A stretch of 51,448 nucleotides of DNA, from contig JANQRO010000187.1 of assembly GCA_028284525.1 (NCBI GenBank), positions 1 to 51,448 on the forward strand. Reading direction: 5' to 3'. This stretch comes from Myxococcota bacterium (GTDB lineage Bacteria > Myxococcota_A > UBA9160 > PR03). The notes beneath the pieces were generated by a model. That model made no database searches and was not told the origin of the DNA. It worked only from the letters and a program-made list of their open reading frames with translations. Below are positions 28,230 through 39,632 of this stretch, one piece after another. A program made the position numbers and the translations under genes. Each line of letters starts with the position of its first letter. The stretch's first letter is position 1.

Positions 28230-28682
28230 ATGCGCGACTTCGAACGCTCGCTCCCGATGTTGCTCTACCGGGCCCTCGACGACGTCCTGCCCCGGTTTCG
28301 CAGTCTGTTTTCGCGCTTCGGGCTGACCGAGACCCAGTGGCGCGTCCTCCGCGTGCTCTGGCAACGCGAGCACATCGGGCTCTCGGAGCTGGCGCGGGCG
28401 ACGCGCATTCCGGCCCCGAGCCTGGTCGGGGTGATCGACCGGCTCGAAGACAAAGAGCTCGTCGCGCGTCGTCGCAGCGCCGGCGACCGGCGGGCCGTGG
28501 AGCTGGCGCTCACCCGCGCCGGGCACGCCCTCGAACGCGAGGTGCGCCCCCACGTTGCGCAGATCTATCGCGAGCTCGACGCCCTGCTCACCCCGGCGCA
28601 GTGGAAGACCTTGCGCTCCCTTTTCGACGAGCTCCACGCCGGGCTCGGCGCGGCCGAGTCTCCGGTCGAGCAGGCGGGGTAG
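28230..28682 (+). CDS. hpaR: MarR-family homoprotocatechuate pathway regulator
   Basis: RSLPMLLYRA, GLTETQWRVLRVL, PSLVGVIDRLE, DRR wing; located within the hpa cluster. Confidence 0.88.
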   Translation: MRDFERSLPMLLYRALDDVLPRFRSLFSRFGLTETQWRVLRVLWQREHIGLSELARATRIPAPSLVGVIDRLEDKELVARRRSAGDRRAVELALTRAGHALEREVRPHVAQIYRELDALLTPAQWKTLRSLFDELHAGLGAAESPVEQAG

Positions 28683-28705
28683 CGAGCCCACCGGGAGGAG
28701 TGGAC

Positions 28706-29563
28706 ATGGGAGCCGTCGTCTTTGCCGCCAAAGTCTCGCACGTGCCTTCGATCTGGCTGTCGGAGCACTCCCCCGACCACCGCGGGATCCGCGATGCGGC
28801 GATCGCCTCGCTCCGCGAGCTCGGCCGTCGCGCGCGGGCCTGCGGGGCCGACACCTTCGTCGTCTTCGACGTGCACTGGATCGTGACGATCGGGTTCCAC
28901 CTGAACGGCAACCCCCGGCACGCCGGGTCCTACACGAGCCACGAGCTCCCGCACTTCATCGAGAACCTCGATTACGCCTACCGCGGTCACCCCGCGCTCT
29001 CCGAAGCGATCGCCGCACGCGCCAACGACGCCGGGCTCAAGACCCGCGACCACCGGACGCCGGGTCTGGGGCTCGAGTACGCCACGCTGATTCCGATGCA
29101 CCACATGAACCCCGAGGCGAGCTGCGCCGTGCTCCCGGTGGCGTGCAACGTCAACGCCAGCATCGACGAGTCGTTTCGCTTCGGCGCGTGTGTACGCGAG
29201 GCGATCGAAGCAAGCGACGCCCGGGTGGCGGTACTCGCCAGCGGCTCGCTCTCGCACCAGTTCTGGGAGAACGAACACGCCGAAGCCGGTCTCGACGCCA
29301 TCAGCAGCGAGTTCAACCGCCAGGTCGATCTCCGCGTGCTCGAGCTGTGGCAAACGGGACGTCACACCGAGTTTCTCGCGATGCTCCCCGACTACGCCAC
29401 GCGTTGTCGCGGCGAGGCGGGGATGGCCGACACCGCGATGCTCTTCGGCTTGCTCGGCGGGGCCGACTACCGGGGTCGCGGCGAGCTCGTGGGGGAGTAC
29501 TTCCCGAGCTCGGGGACGGGACAGTGCAACGTAGAGTTCTCGCTCGCGGGCGCGCCCCGCTGA
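28706..29563 (+). CDS. hpaD: 3,4-dihydroxyphenylacetate 2,3-dioxygenase (LigB-fold)
   Basis: AAKVSHVPS, VFDVHW, SHELPHFI, LEYATLIPM, ASGSLSHQF, YFPSSGTGQ; GGAGGAG RBS. Confidence 0.93.
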   Translation: MGAVVFAAKVSHVPSIWLSEHSPDHRGIRDAAIASLRELGRRARACGADTFVVFDVHWIVTIGFHLNGNPRHAGSYTSHELPHFIENLDYAYRGHPALSEAIAARANDAGLKTRDHRTPGLGLEYATLIPMHHMNPEASCAVLPVACNVNASIDESFRFGACVREAIEASDARVAVLASGSLSHQFWENEHAEAGLDAISSEFNRQVDLRVLELWQTGRHTEFLAMLPDYATRCRGEAGMADTAMLFGLLGGADYRGRGELVGEYFPSSGTGQCNVEFSLAGAPR

Positions 29564-29581
29564 GCACGGGAGACCCAGACG

Positions 29582-31048
29582 ATGGCGCTACGCACCGGAA
29601 AACAGTTTCTCGAAGGGCTCCGCGACGACCGGGAGGTGTGGCTCGGCGGAGAGCGGGTCGCCGACGTCACGGCCCACCCCGGGTTGCGCCGGGGCGCCGA
29701 GACCCTGGCCGCGCTCATGGACCGCAACCACCGCCCGGAGCTCCGCGAGGTGTTGACCTACCCGGTGGACGGCGGCGCCGAGCGCGCTCCGATGGCGCTG
29801 CTCCCGCCCCGCACCCGCGAGGACCTCGCGCGGCGCAGCGCCGCGATGCTCGACTGGGCGCGGGTGAGCGGCGGGATGCTCGGACGGACCCCCGACTATC
29901 TGAACGCGTCCTTCATGGCCTTCGCCGCCGCCCACGAGTTCTTCGCCGCCGTCCGTCCGGAATTCGGCGAGAACGTGCTCCGCTACTACGAGACGATCCG
30001 CGACCGAGACCTCGTCCTCACCCACACCCTGGTGAACCCCCAGGTGAATCGGCGGCTCACCGCGGACGGCACCCCCAGCCCCGAGGTGGCGCTGCACCTG
30101 GTGCGCGAGGACAGCCGCGGCCTGATCGTGCGGGGCGCGCGGCTTCTGGCGACCCTCGGGCCGATCTCCGACGAGCTCGCGGTCTTCCCCTCGACGGTCC
30201 TCAAGGTGAGCGCCGAGTCGCGCCCCTTCGCGCTGGCATTCGCCCTCCCCAACGCGACGCCGGGGATGAAGTACGTCTGCCGCGATTCCTACGACCACGG
30301 CAAGAGCCACTTCGACGCGCCGCTCGCGTCTCGCTTCGAGGAGATGGACGCGGTCGTGATCTTCGACGACGTCCTCGTGCCCTGGGAGCGGGTCTTTCTC
30401 TACGACGACCCGGCGGCCTGCAACGCCGCGTACAAAGAGACGAACGCGGTCGTCCACATGATGCACCAGGTGGTGTGCAAGAACGTCGCGAAAGCGGAGT
30501 TCATCGTGGGGTTGCTCTGTGCGATGGCGGAGGCGAGCGAGCGCGACCAGCTCCCGGCCGTGCAGGGGATGATCGCGGAGGCGATGTGGATCGCCGAATC
30601 GATGAAGGCCTTCCTGCGCGCCGCCGAGGCGGACGCCGCGCTCGACACATGGTCGACGATGACGCCGGCCCGGATGCCCCTCGACACCGCGCGCAACGTC
30701 TTTCCGAAGATGTACCCGCGTCTCGCCGAGCTCGTCCAGCTTCTGGGGTCGAGCTCGCTGATGGCGACCCCGTCCGAGGCCGACTTCGAGTCGCCGTTGG
30801 CCGAGGATCTCGAGCGCTACTTCCCGTTGGCGACCCTGGACGCCCGCGATCGCGTGGGGCTCTTCCGGCTGGCCCACGACGTCGCGGCCTCGGGCTTTGG
30901 CAACCGCCAGCTCCTCTACGAGCGCTTCTTCTTCGGCCCCCCCGAGCGGATGGCGAGCGCCTTCTACGGGATCTACGACAAGACGCCGCTCGTCGATCGC
31001 GTCCACGACTTCCTTCGCGGGGGGGCGGAAGACGCGGGGGAGGGCTGA
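29582..31048 (+). CDS. hpaB: 4-hydroxyphenylacetate 3-monooxygenase, oxygenase component
   Basis: GMLGRTPDYLN, THTLVNPQVNR, GARLLATL, FDAPLASRFEEMDA, RQLLYERFFFG. Confidence 0.93.
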   Translation: MALRTGKQFLEGLRDDREVWLGGERVADVTAHPGLRRGAETLAALMDRNHRPELREVLTYPVDGGAERAPMALLPPRTREDLARRSAAMLDWARVSGGMLGRTPDYLNASFMAFAAAHEFFAAVRPEFGENVLRYYETIRDRDLVLTHTLVNPQVNRRLTADGTPSPEVALHLVREDSRGLIVRGARLLATLGPISDELAVFPSTVLKVSAESRPFALAFALPNATPGMKYVCRDSYDHGKSHFDAPLASRFEEMDAVVIFDDVLVPWERVFLYDDPAACNAAYKETNAVVHMMHQVVCKNVAKAEFIVGLLCAMAEASERDQLPAVQGMIAEAMWIAESMKAFLRAAEADAALDTWSTMTPARMPLDTARNVFPKMYPRLAELVQLLGSSSLMATPSEADFESPLAEDLERYFPLATLDARDRVGLFRLAHDVAASGFGNRQLLYERFFFGPPERMASAFYGIYDKTPLVDRVHDFLRGGAEDAGEG

Positions 31049-31081
31049 CCCCGGATCCGCGCGCGGCTGGCGACGCGGCGT

Positions 31082-31924
31082 TCAGCGCCGCGCGGAAGTC
31101 CGGAAGACCGGCTCGCTGCGACGCTCGATCTCGCGGTGACGGGCGGCGATCGGCGCGTCCCACTCGGTGTCGGTGAAGAGCCAGAACTGATCCTTGACGA
31201 TCGCGTCGTGGACCTGGTCGGCGACCTCGGCGGGGTCCTTGCCGGCTTCGACCAAACGACGGGCGACCTCGATGAAGCGGGCGCCACCGCGGTCGCGCTC
31301 GGTCGTCGCGGCGCCGGGCCGGTTGCGCTCGGAGTCGACGATGCGGGTCGCGACGAAGCCCGGGCACAGACAGGTGACACCGACCCGGGATCCCTCGCGT
31401 CGGAGCTCGTGGTGGAGCGTCTCCGAGAGGGTCGCGACCGCGTGCTTGGAGACGTTGTAGGGGGCGCCGTAGGGCGACGAGACGTGTCCGGCGATCGAGG
31501 CGGTCGTCACGACGTGACCCTCGTCGTGCTCGACGAGGTGGGGGACGAAGGTGCGCAGTCCGTGGATCACGCCCCACAGGTTGACGTCGAGGGTCCAGTG
31601 CCAGTCGTCCTCGCTGAGGCTCCAGCTCTTGCCGTTGGCCCCGGAGACGCCGGCGTTGAGACACACGACGTGCACCCGGCCGTAGGCGGCGAGGGCTTCT
31701 CGGAGCAGGGTCTCGTGGTCGCCCGCCACGCCGACGTCGCAACGCACTCCCCGCACCTCGGCCCCGCCGTCGCGGAGCTCGGCGACGGCGGCGTCGAGGG
31801 CCGCTTCCTCGATGTCGGCGGCGACCACGCGCATCCCCGCCCGGGCAAAGCGCGCGCAAAAGGCCTTGCCCATGCCCGAAGCGCCGCCGGTCACGACCGC
31901 GGTCTTGCCATCGAGGTCCTGCAT
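31082..31924 (-). CDS. Short-chain dehydrogenase
   Basis: TGGASGMG, LNAGV, VNLWGVIHG, YNVSK, CPGFVAT. Confidence 0.92.
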   Translation of the reverse strand: MQDLDGKTAVVTGGASGMGKAFCARFARAGMRVVAADIEEAALDAAVAELRDGGAEVRGVRCDVGVAGDHETLLREALAAYGRVHVVCLNAGVSGANGKSWSLSEDDWHWTLDVNLWGVIHGLRTFVPHLVEHDEGHVVTTASIAGHVSSPYGAPYNVSKHAVATLSETLHHELRREGSRVGVTCLCPGFVATRIVDSERNRPGAATTERDRGGARFIEVARRLVEAGKDPAEVADQVHDAIVKDQFWLFTDTEWDAPIAARHREIERRSEPVFRTSARR

Positions 31925-31958
31925 CGCGCGTTCCTCGCGCCCGTTGTCGGGAACCGGT

Positions 31959-31987
31959 CGCGGGGGCCGCTCGGCGCGGCCCCCGCG
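31959..31987. terminator. Perfect 12-bp intercistronic hairpin
   Basis: CGCGGGGGCCGC-TCGGC-GCGGCCCCCGCG just after the deacylase stop; no U-tract, so it may be an mRNA stabiliser instead. Confidence 0.45.
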
Positions 31988-31994
31988 GGCAGGA

Positions 31995-33710
31995 TCAGGC
32001 GTGGCCGTGACGCAGCAGCTTGCCCGGGGTCGCGCCGGTGCACTCGCCGTCTTCGAAGGTGACCTCGCCGTTCACCATGATGTAGCGATAGCCCTCGGCC
32101 TTCTGGATCCGGCGCCACTCGCCGGCCGGGAAGTCGTGGGCGATCTCCGAAGGCGTCGATTGGAGGGACTCGAAGTCGTAGATCACGAGGTCGGCGGGTC
32201 GCCCCTCGGCGATCACCCCGCGGTCTTCGAAGCCCGCCATCTTGGCCGGCAGCCCCGAGAGCCGGTAGTGCGCCTCCTCGAGCTCGAGCAGGTCGTTCTC
32301 GCGTACGAACTCCGCCAGGAAGTCGGTGGAGTAGCGACCGATCGTCACGAACTTGGTGTGGGCGCCGCCGTCGGAGACGCCGGGCACCGTGTACTCGCTC
32401 TTGAAGATGTCGCGGTTCTGCTCGACGTCGGTGTTGAAGGGCGGCGTGAAGATCACGGTCTGGAGCTTCTCGTCGACCACCAGATCGAGCATCGCGTCGA
32501 TCGGGTGTCTCCCCTGGGCCTTGCCGAGCTCTTCGAGGCTCATCCCCTCCCACCGCTTGTTCTCGGGCTTCACGCACTCCTGGATCACGAACTTGCGGAT
32601 CGGCCCGGTGGCGATCGGCATACGCCCGTGGTCGTAGTCGTGTCGCAGGGCCTCGCGCATCGCCGGGTCCTGCATCTTGCGCATACGCTCGTCCACGTCG
32701 CCCAAGGTCACCTCGCGCCAGTCGTCCTGGCCGTCGAGGAGGTTGAAGTCCTCGAAGGTGTAGGTGAGCTCGGTGCCGACGGTGCCGGCCTGCAGGTAGA
32801 CGGGCTTGCCGGCGGCCTGCGCCGCGTTCACCCAGTCGAGCAGCCGCTTGCTCTGGTGCGGGTGGTAGTCGTTGGCGATCACCGCGTTGTAGAGCACCGG
32901 GCAGTTCGCCGTCTCGGCGAGCTTCTCGACGAAGGCCAGGTCGTCGCGGAAGTCGTCCTCCTTGGCCTGGGTGATCTGGATGTGGCCGCCACCGCGCTTG
33001 CGCAGCACCTCGGCGAAGGCGAGACAGGTCTTGTCGCTCATCACGTCGGTCACCATCGGTGAGCCGTCGTAGTCGCGCTGGAGCGAGGTGAAGCCCTCGC
33101 CGAGACGTTGCACCGACCAGCCACAGGCTCCGGCGTCCATCCCCGCCTCGATCAGCCGACACATCTCGGCGAGCTCTTCGTCGGTGGGCTCGCGGGTCTT
33201 GGCGGCCTCGAGACCCATCACCCAGATCATCAGCGGGCCGATCGGAACGTAGGAGATGACGTTCAGGCCCTTGGGGATGCGCTCCAAGGTGTCGAGCCAC
33301 TCGGGGAAGGTCACCCAATCCCAGAGCATGCCCTCCTTCATCGAGTCGAAGGGGATCGCCTCGACCCGCGACATGCTGAGCATCGCGCGGTCGCGGTTCT
33401 CGGGAGCGACCGGTGCAAAGCCGAAGCCGCAGTTGCCGAGGACCAGCGAGGTCACGCCGTGCCAGCCCGAGAGGGTGCAGTAGGGGTCCCACTGGATCTG
33501 CGCGTCGTAGTGGGTGTGGAGGTCGACGAAGCCCGGGGCGACGACCAGGCCCTCCGCGTCGATGACACGCGCGGCGTCGTCGGCGTCGAGACCCACCCGC
33601 GAGATGGCGACGACCTTGCCGTCGCGGATTCCCAGGTCGCCTCGGAATCGCGGCGCGCGCGTCCCGTCCACGACCGTGCCGTTGCGGATCAGGGTGTCGT
33701 ACTGGGTCAT
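31995..33710 (-). CDS. N-acyl-D-amino-acid deacylase family amidohydrolase
   Basis: IRNGTVVDGT, APGFVDLHTHYDAQ, HGVTSLVLGNCGFGFAP, SDGGAH, RGVIAEGRPADL. Confidence 0.9.
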   Translation of the reverse strand: MTQYDTLIRNGTVVDGTRAPRFRGDLGIRDGKVVAISRVGLDADDAARVIDAEGLVVAPGFVDLHTHYDAQIQWDPYCTLSGWHGVTSLVLGNCGFGFAPVAPENRDRAMLSMSRVEAIPFDSMKEGMLWDWVTFPEWLDTLERIPKGLNVISYVPIGPLMIWVMGLEAAKTREPTDEELAEMCRLIEAGMDAGACGWSVQRLGEGFTSLQRDYDGSPMVTDVMSDKTCLAFAEVLRKRGGGHIQITQAKEDDFRDDLAFVEKLAETANCPVLYNAVIANDYHPHQSKRLLDWVNAAQAAGKPVYLQAGTVGTELTYTFEDFNLLDGQDDWREVTLGDVDERMRKMQDPAMREALRHDYDHGRMPIATGPIRKFVIQECVKPENKRWEGMSLEELGKAQGRHPIDAMLDLVVDEKLQTVIFTPPFNTDVEQNRDIFKSEYTVPGVSDGGAHTKFVTIGRYSTDFLAEFVRENDLLELEEAHYRLSGLPAKMAGFEDRGVIAEGRPADLVIYDFESLQSTPSEIAHDFPAGEWRRIQKAEGYRYIMVNGEVTFEDGECTGATPGKLLRHGHA

Positions 33711-33843
33711 CCTTGGGTCTCCCGTGTGAGCGGCGCCGCAGCGGCCGCGGAGATGATCGCCGGAGCGTTAGAATTCCGTCAGCTGTCGCGGGAGTTTACG
33801 CCCGGGCGGGAGGCTCCGCTAACGGGCGCCGCAGGAGGCGACA

Positions 33844-35124
33844 TTGCCCGATCCCCCCGAGGTCCAGCTCTTCGATCCGGCCACCCTGATCGATCCCTAT
33901 CCCGCCTACCGGCGTCTGCGCGACGAGGCCCCGGTGCACTTCGTGCCGGAGATGAACCTCTACGTGGTCACCCGCTACGACCTGGTGCGTCAGGCGATCG
34001 CGGACACCGAAACCTTCTCGAGCGGGTTCGACGAGTTTCTGGTGGGGGTCCAGCGGGCCGGCTTTGCCGCGGCGCCGCCCGAGATCCGGGCGCGGCTCGC
34101 GGAGATCCACCGCGAGCTGATCCCGCCGGTCCCCACCCTGCTCACGCTGGATCCACCCCGCCACGGCCACTACCGGTCGCTGGTGAGCAAGCTCTTCACC
34201 GCGGGCCGGGTCCGGAAGGGGGAGCCCCAGGTCGCCGCCATCGTCGACCGCGCGGCCGACGTCTACGCCGCCACCTCCGGATGCGATTTCGTCGCGGGCT
34301 TTGCCGCCCCGGTGCCCCTGCGCATCATCGCCGATCGTCTCGGCATCCCTGAAGGCGACCGGGCTTTCTTCGACGAGGCCGCCCAGGCGGCCGCGGCGGC
34401 ACTGCGGATGACGCCCCTGGGCCCCGAGGAGATGGTGCACCGCGCGCAGCTCTCCCTCGACCTCCAGCGTCTCTTGGTCCGGCTGATCGAGGAGCGTCGG
34501 GCCGAGCCCGGCGACGACATGATCAGCCTCCTCGCGACGAGCGAGCTCGAGGAGGAGGCGCGCCCCCTCGAGCACGCCGAGGCGCTCTCGATCCTCGCGC
34601 AGTTCCTGGTCGCCGGACACGAGACGACCGCCAGCACCTTCGCCTGGGGGCTGCTGCTCTTGTGTCGGGAGCCGTCGCTCCAGGACGAGATTCGCGGCGA
34701 CCCGGCGCTGATCAAGGCCTTCGTGGAAGAGACCCTGCGGCTGGAGTCGCCGGTGCAGGGACTCCCCCGTGTGGTGGCCCGTGATACGGAGCTCGGCGGT
34801 GTCGCGTTGCGCGAGGGCGACACGGTGATGCTCCGCTTTGGCGCGGCCAACCGCGACGAGCGCCACTTCGAGCGCCCCGACCGCGTCGATCTGCACCGAC
34901 CCCAGGCGGGCTCGCACTTCGCCTTCGGATCCGGGCGGCACCACTGCATCGGCGCGCCGCTGGCGCGTCAGGAACTCAACCTCGGGTTCGCCGCGTTGCT
35001 CGAGCGGATGGAGCGGATCCGGTTGGCGCCCGGTCGTCCCGAGCCCCACGCCGAGCCCAGCTTCGTGCTCCGCAACCTGCCGCGTCTGGTCCTCGACTTC
35101 GACCGCCGTCCGGTCGGCGTCTAG
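33844..35124 (+). CDS. Cytochrome P450
   Basis: AGGAGG + TTG; LDPPRH, I-helix AGHETT, ETLR, AANRDE, heme motif FGSGRHHCIG. Confidence 0.95.
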   Translation: MPDPPEVQLFDPATLIDPYPAYRRLRDEAPVHFVPEMNLYVVTRYDLVRQAIADTETFSSGFDEFLVGVQRAGFAAAPPEIRARLAEIHRELIPPVPTLLTLDPPRHGHYRSLVSKLFTAGRVRKGEPQVAAIVDRAADVYAATSGCDFVAGFAAPVPLRIIADRLGIPEGDRAFFDEAAQAAAAALRMTPLGPEEMVHRAQLSLDLQRLLVRLIEERRAEPGDDMISLLATSELEEEARPLEHAEALSILAQFLVAGHETTASTFAWGLLLLCREPSLQDEIRGDPALIKAFVEETLRLESPVQGLPRVVARDTELGGVALREGDTVMLRFGAANRDERHFERPDRVDLHRPQAGSHFAFGSGRHHCIGAPLARQELNLGFAALLERMERIRLAPGRPEPHAEPSFVLRNLPRLVLDFDRRPVGV

Positions 35125-35136
35125 TGGCGTCGCTCC

Positions 35137-35541
35137 TCAGGCGGGCACGAGGGCGACGACCGGGATCTCGCGTGGCGCCTTCTCGCGGTAGTCGCCGAAG
35201 ACGGGAACACGCTCCACCTGGGTGTCGTAGAGCCTGCTTCGCTCCTCGCCCTGTAGGACCACCGCCTCCGCGGCGCGCTTCTCGCCGCTTCCGAGCTCGA
35301 CCTGGACGTCGGGGTTCGCGACGAGGTTGTGGTACCAGCCCGGGTGCTTCTCGGCACCGGCGTTCGAGGCGAAGATCACCATACGCTCGCCGTCGGGCAA
35401 GTAGGCCAGGGGGATCTCGTAGTTCGTCCCGCTCTTCGCACCGGTGTGGTGCAGGATGAGGAGCGGGATCCCCTTGAACATCTCCACGTTGCCGCCGTTG
35501 CTGCGGAACTCCGCAATGATCTTGGCGTTGAAGTCGCTCAT
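35137..35541 (-). CDS. Deazaflavin (F420)-dependent nitroreductase-family oxidoreductase (Ddn/FDOR-A)
   Basis: FNAKIIAEFRSNGG, LHHTGAKSG, ASNAGAEKHPGWYHNLVANP, REIPVVAL. Confidence 0.92.
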   Translation of the reverse strand: MSDFNAKIIAEFRSNGGNVEMFKGIPLLILHHTGAKSGTNYEIPLAYLPDGERMVIFASNAGAEKHPGWYHNLVANPDVQVELGSGEKRAAEAVVLQGEERSRLYDTQVERVPVFGDYREKAPREIPVVALVPA

Positions 35542-35666
35542 GTCTCGCTCCTTCGCGCGCGGTTGGGGGCCGGGTTCGGCATGGGACGCGCGACGCTAGC
35601 GCGGCTCGTGCCGCTCTTCGATACTCTGACCTCGCCCGCCCCCCCGTCCGTGCCAGGAGACTCCCC

Positions 35667-36506
35667 GTGAAGATCGGTGTCAACTTCCGCAATTGGGGCC
35701 CCTACGCGACGCGCGAGAACCTCCTCGCCTGCGCGCGGATCGCCGACGAGTCGACCCTCGACACCGTCTGGGTGAACGACCACATCGGCTTTCCGCCGCC
35801 CGGGACCTACTCGATCGATCTCCCGGTACCCGAGCAGATGGGCAACATCGTCGACCCCTTCGCGGTGATGACCTTTCTCGGGGCCGTGACCGAGCGGGTC
35901 CATTTCGGCTCGGGTGTCGTGGTCCTGCCCTACCGGCCGGCGCTCCCGACGGCGAAGTGGCTGCAGAGCATCCAGGTGCTCTCCGGCGAGCGGATGCTCT
36001 TCGGTGTGGGCGCCGGTTACTTCCCCGAAGAGTTCACCGCGCTCGGGGTTCCGAGGAACCGACGGGGCAAGATCACCGACGACACCCTCGACCTGCTCCA
36101 CAAGGCCTTCTCGGGCGACCCGGTCGAGTGCAACGGCCAGGACATCGTCTTCGCGCCACAGACCCGACGACCGCCCTTCCTGATCGGCGGCGCCACCGAG
36201 GTCGCGATCCCCCGGGCGATCGCACGCGGTGACGGCTGGATGCCGATGGGTATCTTGCCGAACGACCTGAAGCCCCTGGTCAAGGACTTCCAACGACGCG
36301 CGGCCGACGCCGGCCGCGAGCCGCTCGAGGTCGCGATCATGAAGACGCTCCCGCTCGAGAGCCCGAGCGAGGCGGTCGAGATGGCCCAGGCGTATCGCGA
36401 CGCCGGGGCCACCCATCTCGTGCACACCCAGAGCTACGACACGCCCGACGAGTACAAGGCCTTCGTCGACGTCGTGAGCCAGGAGATCCGTCCGGCGGTG
36501 CAGTAG
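35667..36506 (+). CDS. LLM-class (probably F420-dependent) oxidoreductase
   Basis: DTVWVNDHI, DPFAVMTFLGAVT, VLPYRP, GVGAGYFPEEF.ALG, IGG...RAIARGDGWMP. Confidence 0.88.
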   Translation: MKIGVNFRNWGPYATRENLLACARIADESTLDTVWVNDHIGFPPPGTYSIDLPVPEQMGNIVDPFAVMTFLGAVTERVHFGSGVVVLPYRPALPTAKWLQSIQVLSGERMLFGVGAGYFPEEFTALGVPRNRRGKITDDTLDLLHKAFSGDPVECNGQDIVFAPQTRRPPFLIGGATEVAIPRAIARGDGWMPMGILPNDLKPLVKDFQRRAADAGREPLEVAIMKTLPLESPSEAVEMAQAYRDAGATHLVHTQSYDTPDEYKAFVDVVSQEIRPAVQ

Positions 36507-36580
36507 CCGCTGGAAGCGGCGGCCGGTTCGCCGCACATCGTTCCACCCCCGCCGACGGGGGATCCGAGGAGACACCACGA

Positions 36581-36946
36581 ATGATCGCCTATGTGACGCT
36601 GGGAACGAACGACCTCGCCCGCGCGGCGGGCTTCTACGACGCGCTCTTCGGCGTGGTCGGCGCCAAGCGCGCGATGGAGACCGACAACCTCATCGCGTGG
36701 TCGACGGGGGAGGGGCCCATGGTCTGTGCGATCAAGCCCCAGGACGGCAACGCCGCGACCCACGGGAACGGAACCATGGTCGCCCTCGCCGCCTCGAGCC
36801 ACGACCAGGTCGACGCCCTGCACCGCAAGGCCCTCGAGCTCGGCGCCGCCGACGAAGGCGCACCGGGCCCCCGTGGCGACCAGTTCTACATCGGCTACTT
36901 CCGCGACCTCGACGGGAACAAGCTGAACGCGTTCGCGCCGCTCTAG
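36581..36946 (+). CDS. VOC/glyoxalase family protein
   Basis: YVTLGTNDLARAAGFYD, GNGTMVAL, DEGAPGPR, YFRDLDGNKL. Confidence 0.92.
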   Translation: MIAYVTLGTNDLARAAGFYDALFGVVGAKRAMETDNLIAWSTGEGPMVCAIKPQDGNAATHGNGTMVALAASSHDQVDALHRKALELGAADEGAPGPRGDQFYIGYFRDLDGNKLNAFAPL

Positions 36947-37307
36947 GCCCGGCGTTGCAGCGGCCGACGCGCTCGGGGCGCCGGCAGCGCCGTGCGGCGA
37001 CCGGCAACCCACGCGCAGCCGGCGGTCGTCGGCCAGACCCGGGGGTTCGCGTCCAGCCGTCGCCGCGGGCACCCTGCACACGACTTGCGTGTCCGTCACG
37101 ACGGGGTTGCGCAGCGGTCGCCGACGCCCTGCGTCTTCGGGTGCTGCGTCGACGGGCCGGGCATTGATCGCGGCCACGCGGCGTGGTGGAATGAAGGGCG
37201 AATGCAACGCGCTGCGCGCCCGGCCACCTCGGTATCGAGGGCACGACCCGGTCCGGATCGCCGCGCGACCCAGGACGACCTAGCGGCAACGCACACGCCG
37301 CGAACCC

Positions 37308-37334
37308 GAGAGCCCGCCTCCGTGGCGGGCTCTC
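37308..37334. terminator. Hairpin downstream of the BVMO stop (probable terminator)
   Basis: GAGAGCCCGCC-TCCGT-GGCGGGCTCTC, perfect 11-bp stem between convergent genes. Confidence 0.6.
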
Positions 37335-37356
37335 ACCCTGTTGGGCGTGGGCTCGT

Positions 37357-38955
<1,599 letters not shown>

Positions 38956-39071
38956 GGGCGCGGTCTCCCTGTCTCGAGCCGGTCGTCGAGGCTAGCACCC
39001 GACTTGCGCGGGGGGCGGCGTCCATCGACACTCCACCCCAGCACGGCCTCGAGCGATGCGGAGGAACGGCC

Positions 39072-39545
39072 ATGGAGATCCCCACGAGTCCGGCAGAGTA
39101 CGAGACGGTCTTCGGCGCGCAGAAGCTCGAGTGGCTGCATCTCACCGGCACCCCGCGCTTCGAGTACCCGATCGACTACTCGGTCGCGGTCCTCCGGGTG
39201 GATGCCGAGGCGGGGCGCATCGACTTCGTCTCGCGCTGGGCCCCCGACGCCTACTGTCACTATCACCGCCACCTGGGCGACACCTCGATCCTCGTCCTCG
39301 AAGGCGAGCACCACGTGGTCGAGACCCACGACTACGAGACGGTCCACAAGACCCGCCAGCCCGGCTTCTTCGCCACCAATCCCGGCGGCGACCTCCACAT
39401 GGAGTACGGCGGGGCCGAGGGCAGCCTGGTCTACTTCAGCTGTCAGGCGGTCGACGGGAGGGTCTTCGACGTCGTCGCGGACGACGGCAGGGTGCTGCGC
39501 ACGGCGACGATCGACGACTTCCGCTCCGGGCGCCTCGCGTCGTAG
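39072..39545 (+). CDS. Cupin-fold protein (paralogue of 23818-24258)
   Basis: GGAGG RBS; FEYPIDY, RW.P..YCHYHRHL.DT, VLEGEHH, GDLHMEY. Confidence 0.8.
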   Translation: MEIPTSPAEYETVFGAQKLEWLHLTGTPRFEYPIDYSVAVLRVDAEAGRIDFVSRWAPDAYCHYHRHLGDTSILVLEGEHHVVETHDYETVHKTRQPGFFATNPGGDLHMEYGGAEGSLVYFSCQAVDGRVFDVVADDGRVLRTATIDDFRSGRLAS

Positions 39546-39632
39546 ACGCCGTCCCGGGCCACGTCCCCGCGCCCGGTCGGCGAGCCACCGCGTGGGGTTC
39601 GCGCCGACCCCTGCGCGAGACCGGGAGAGCCC

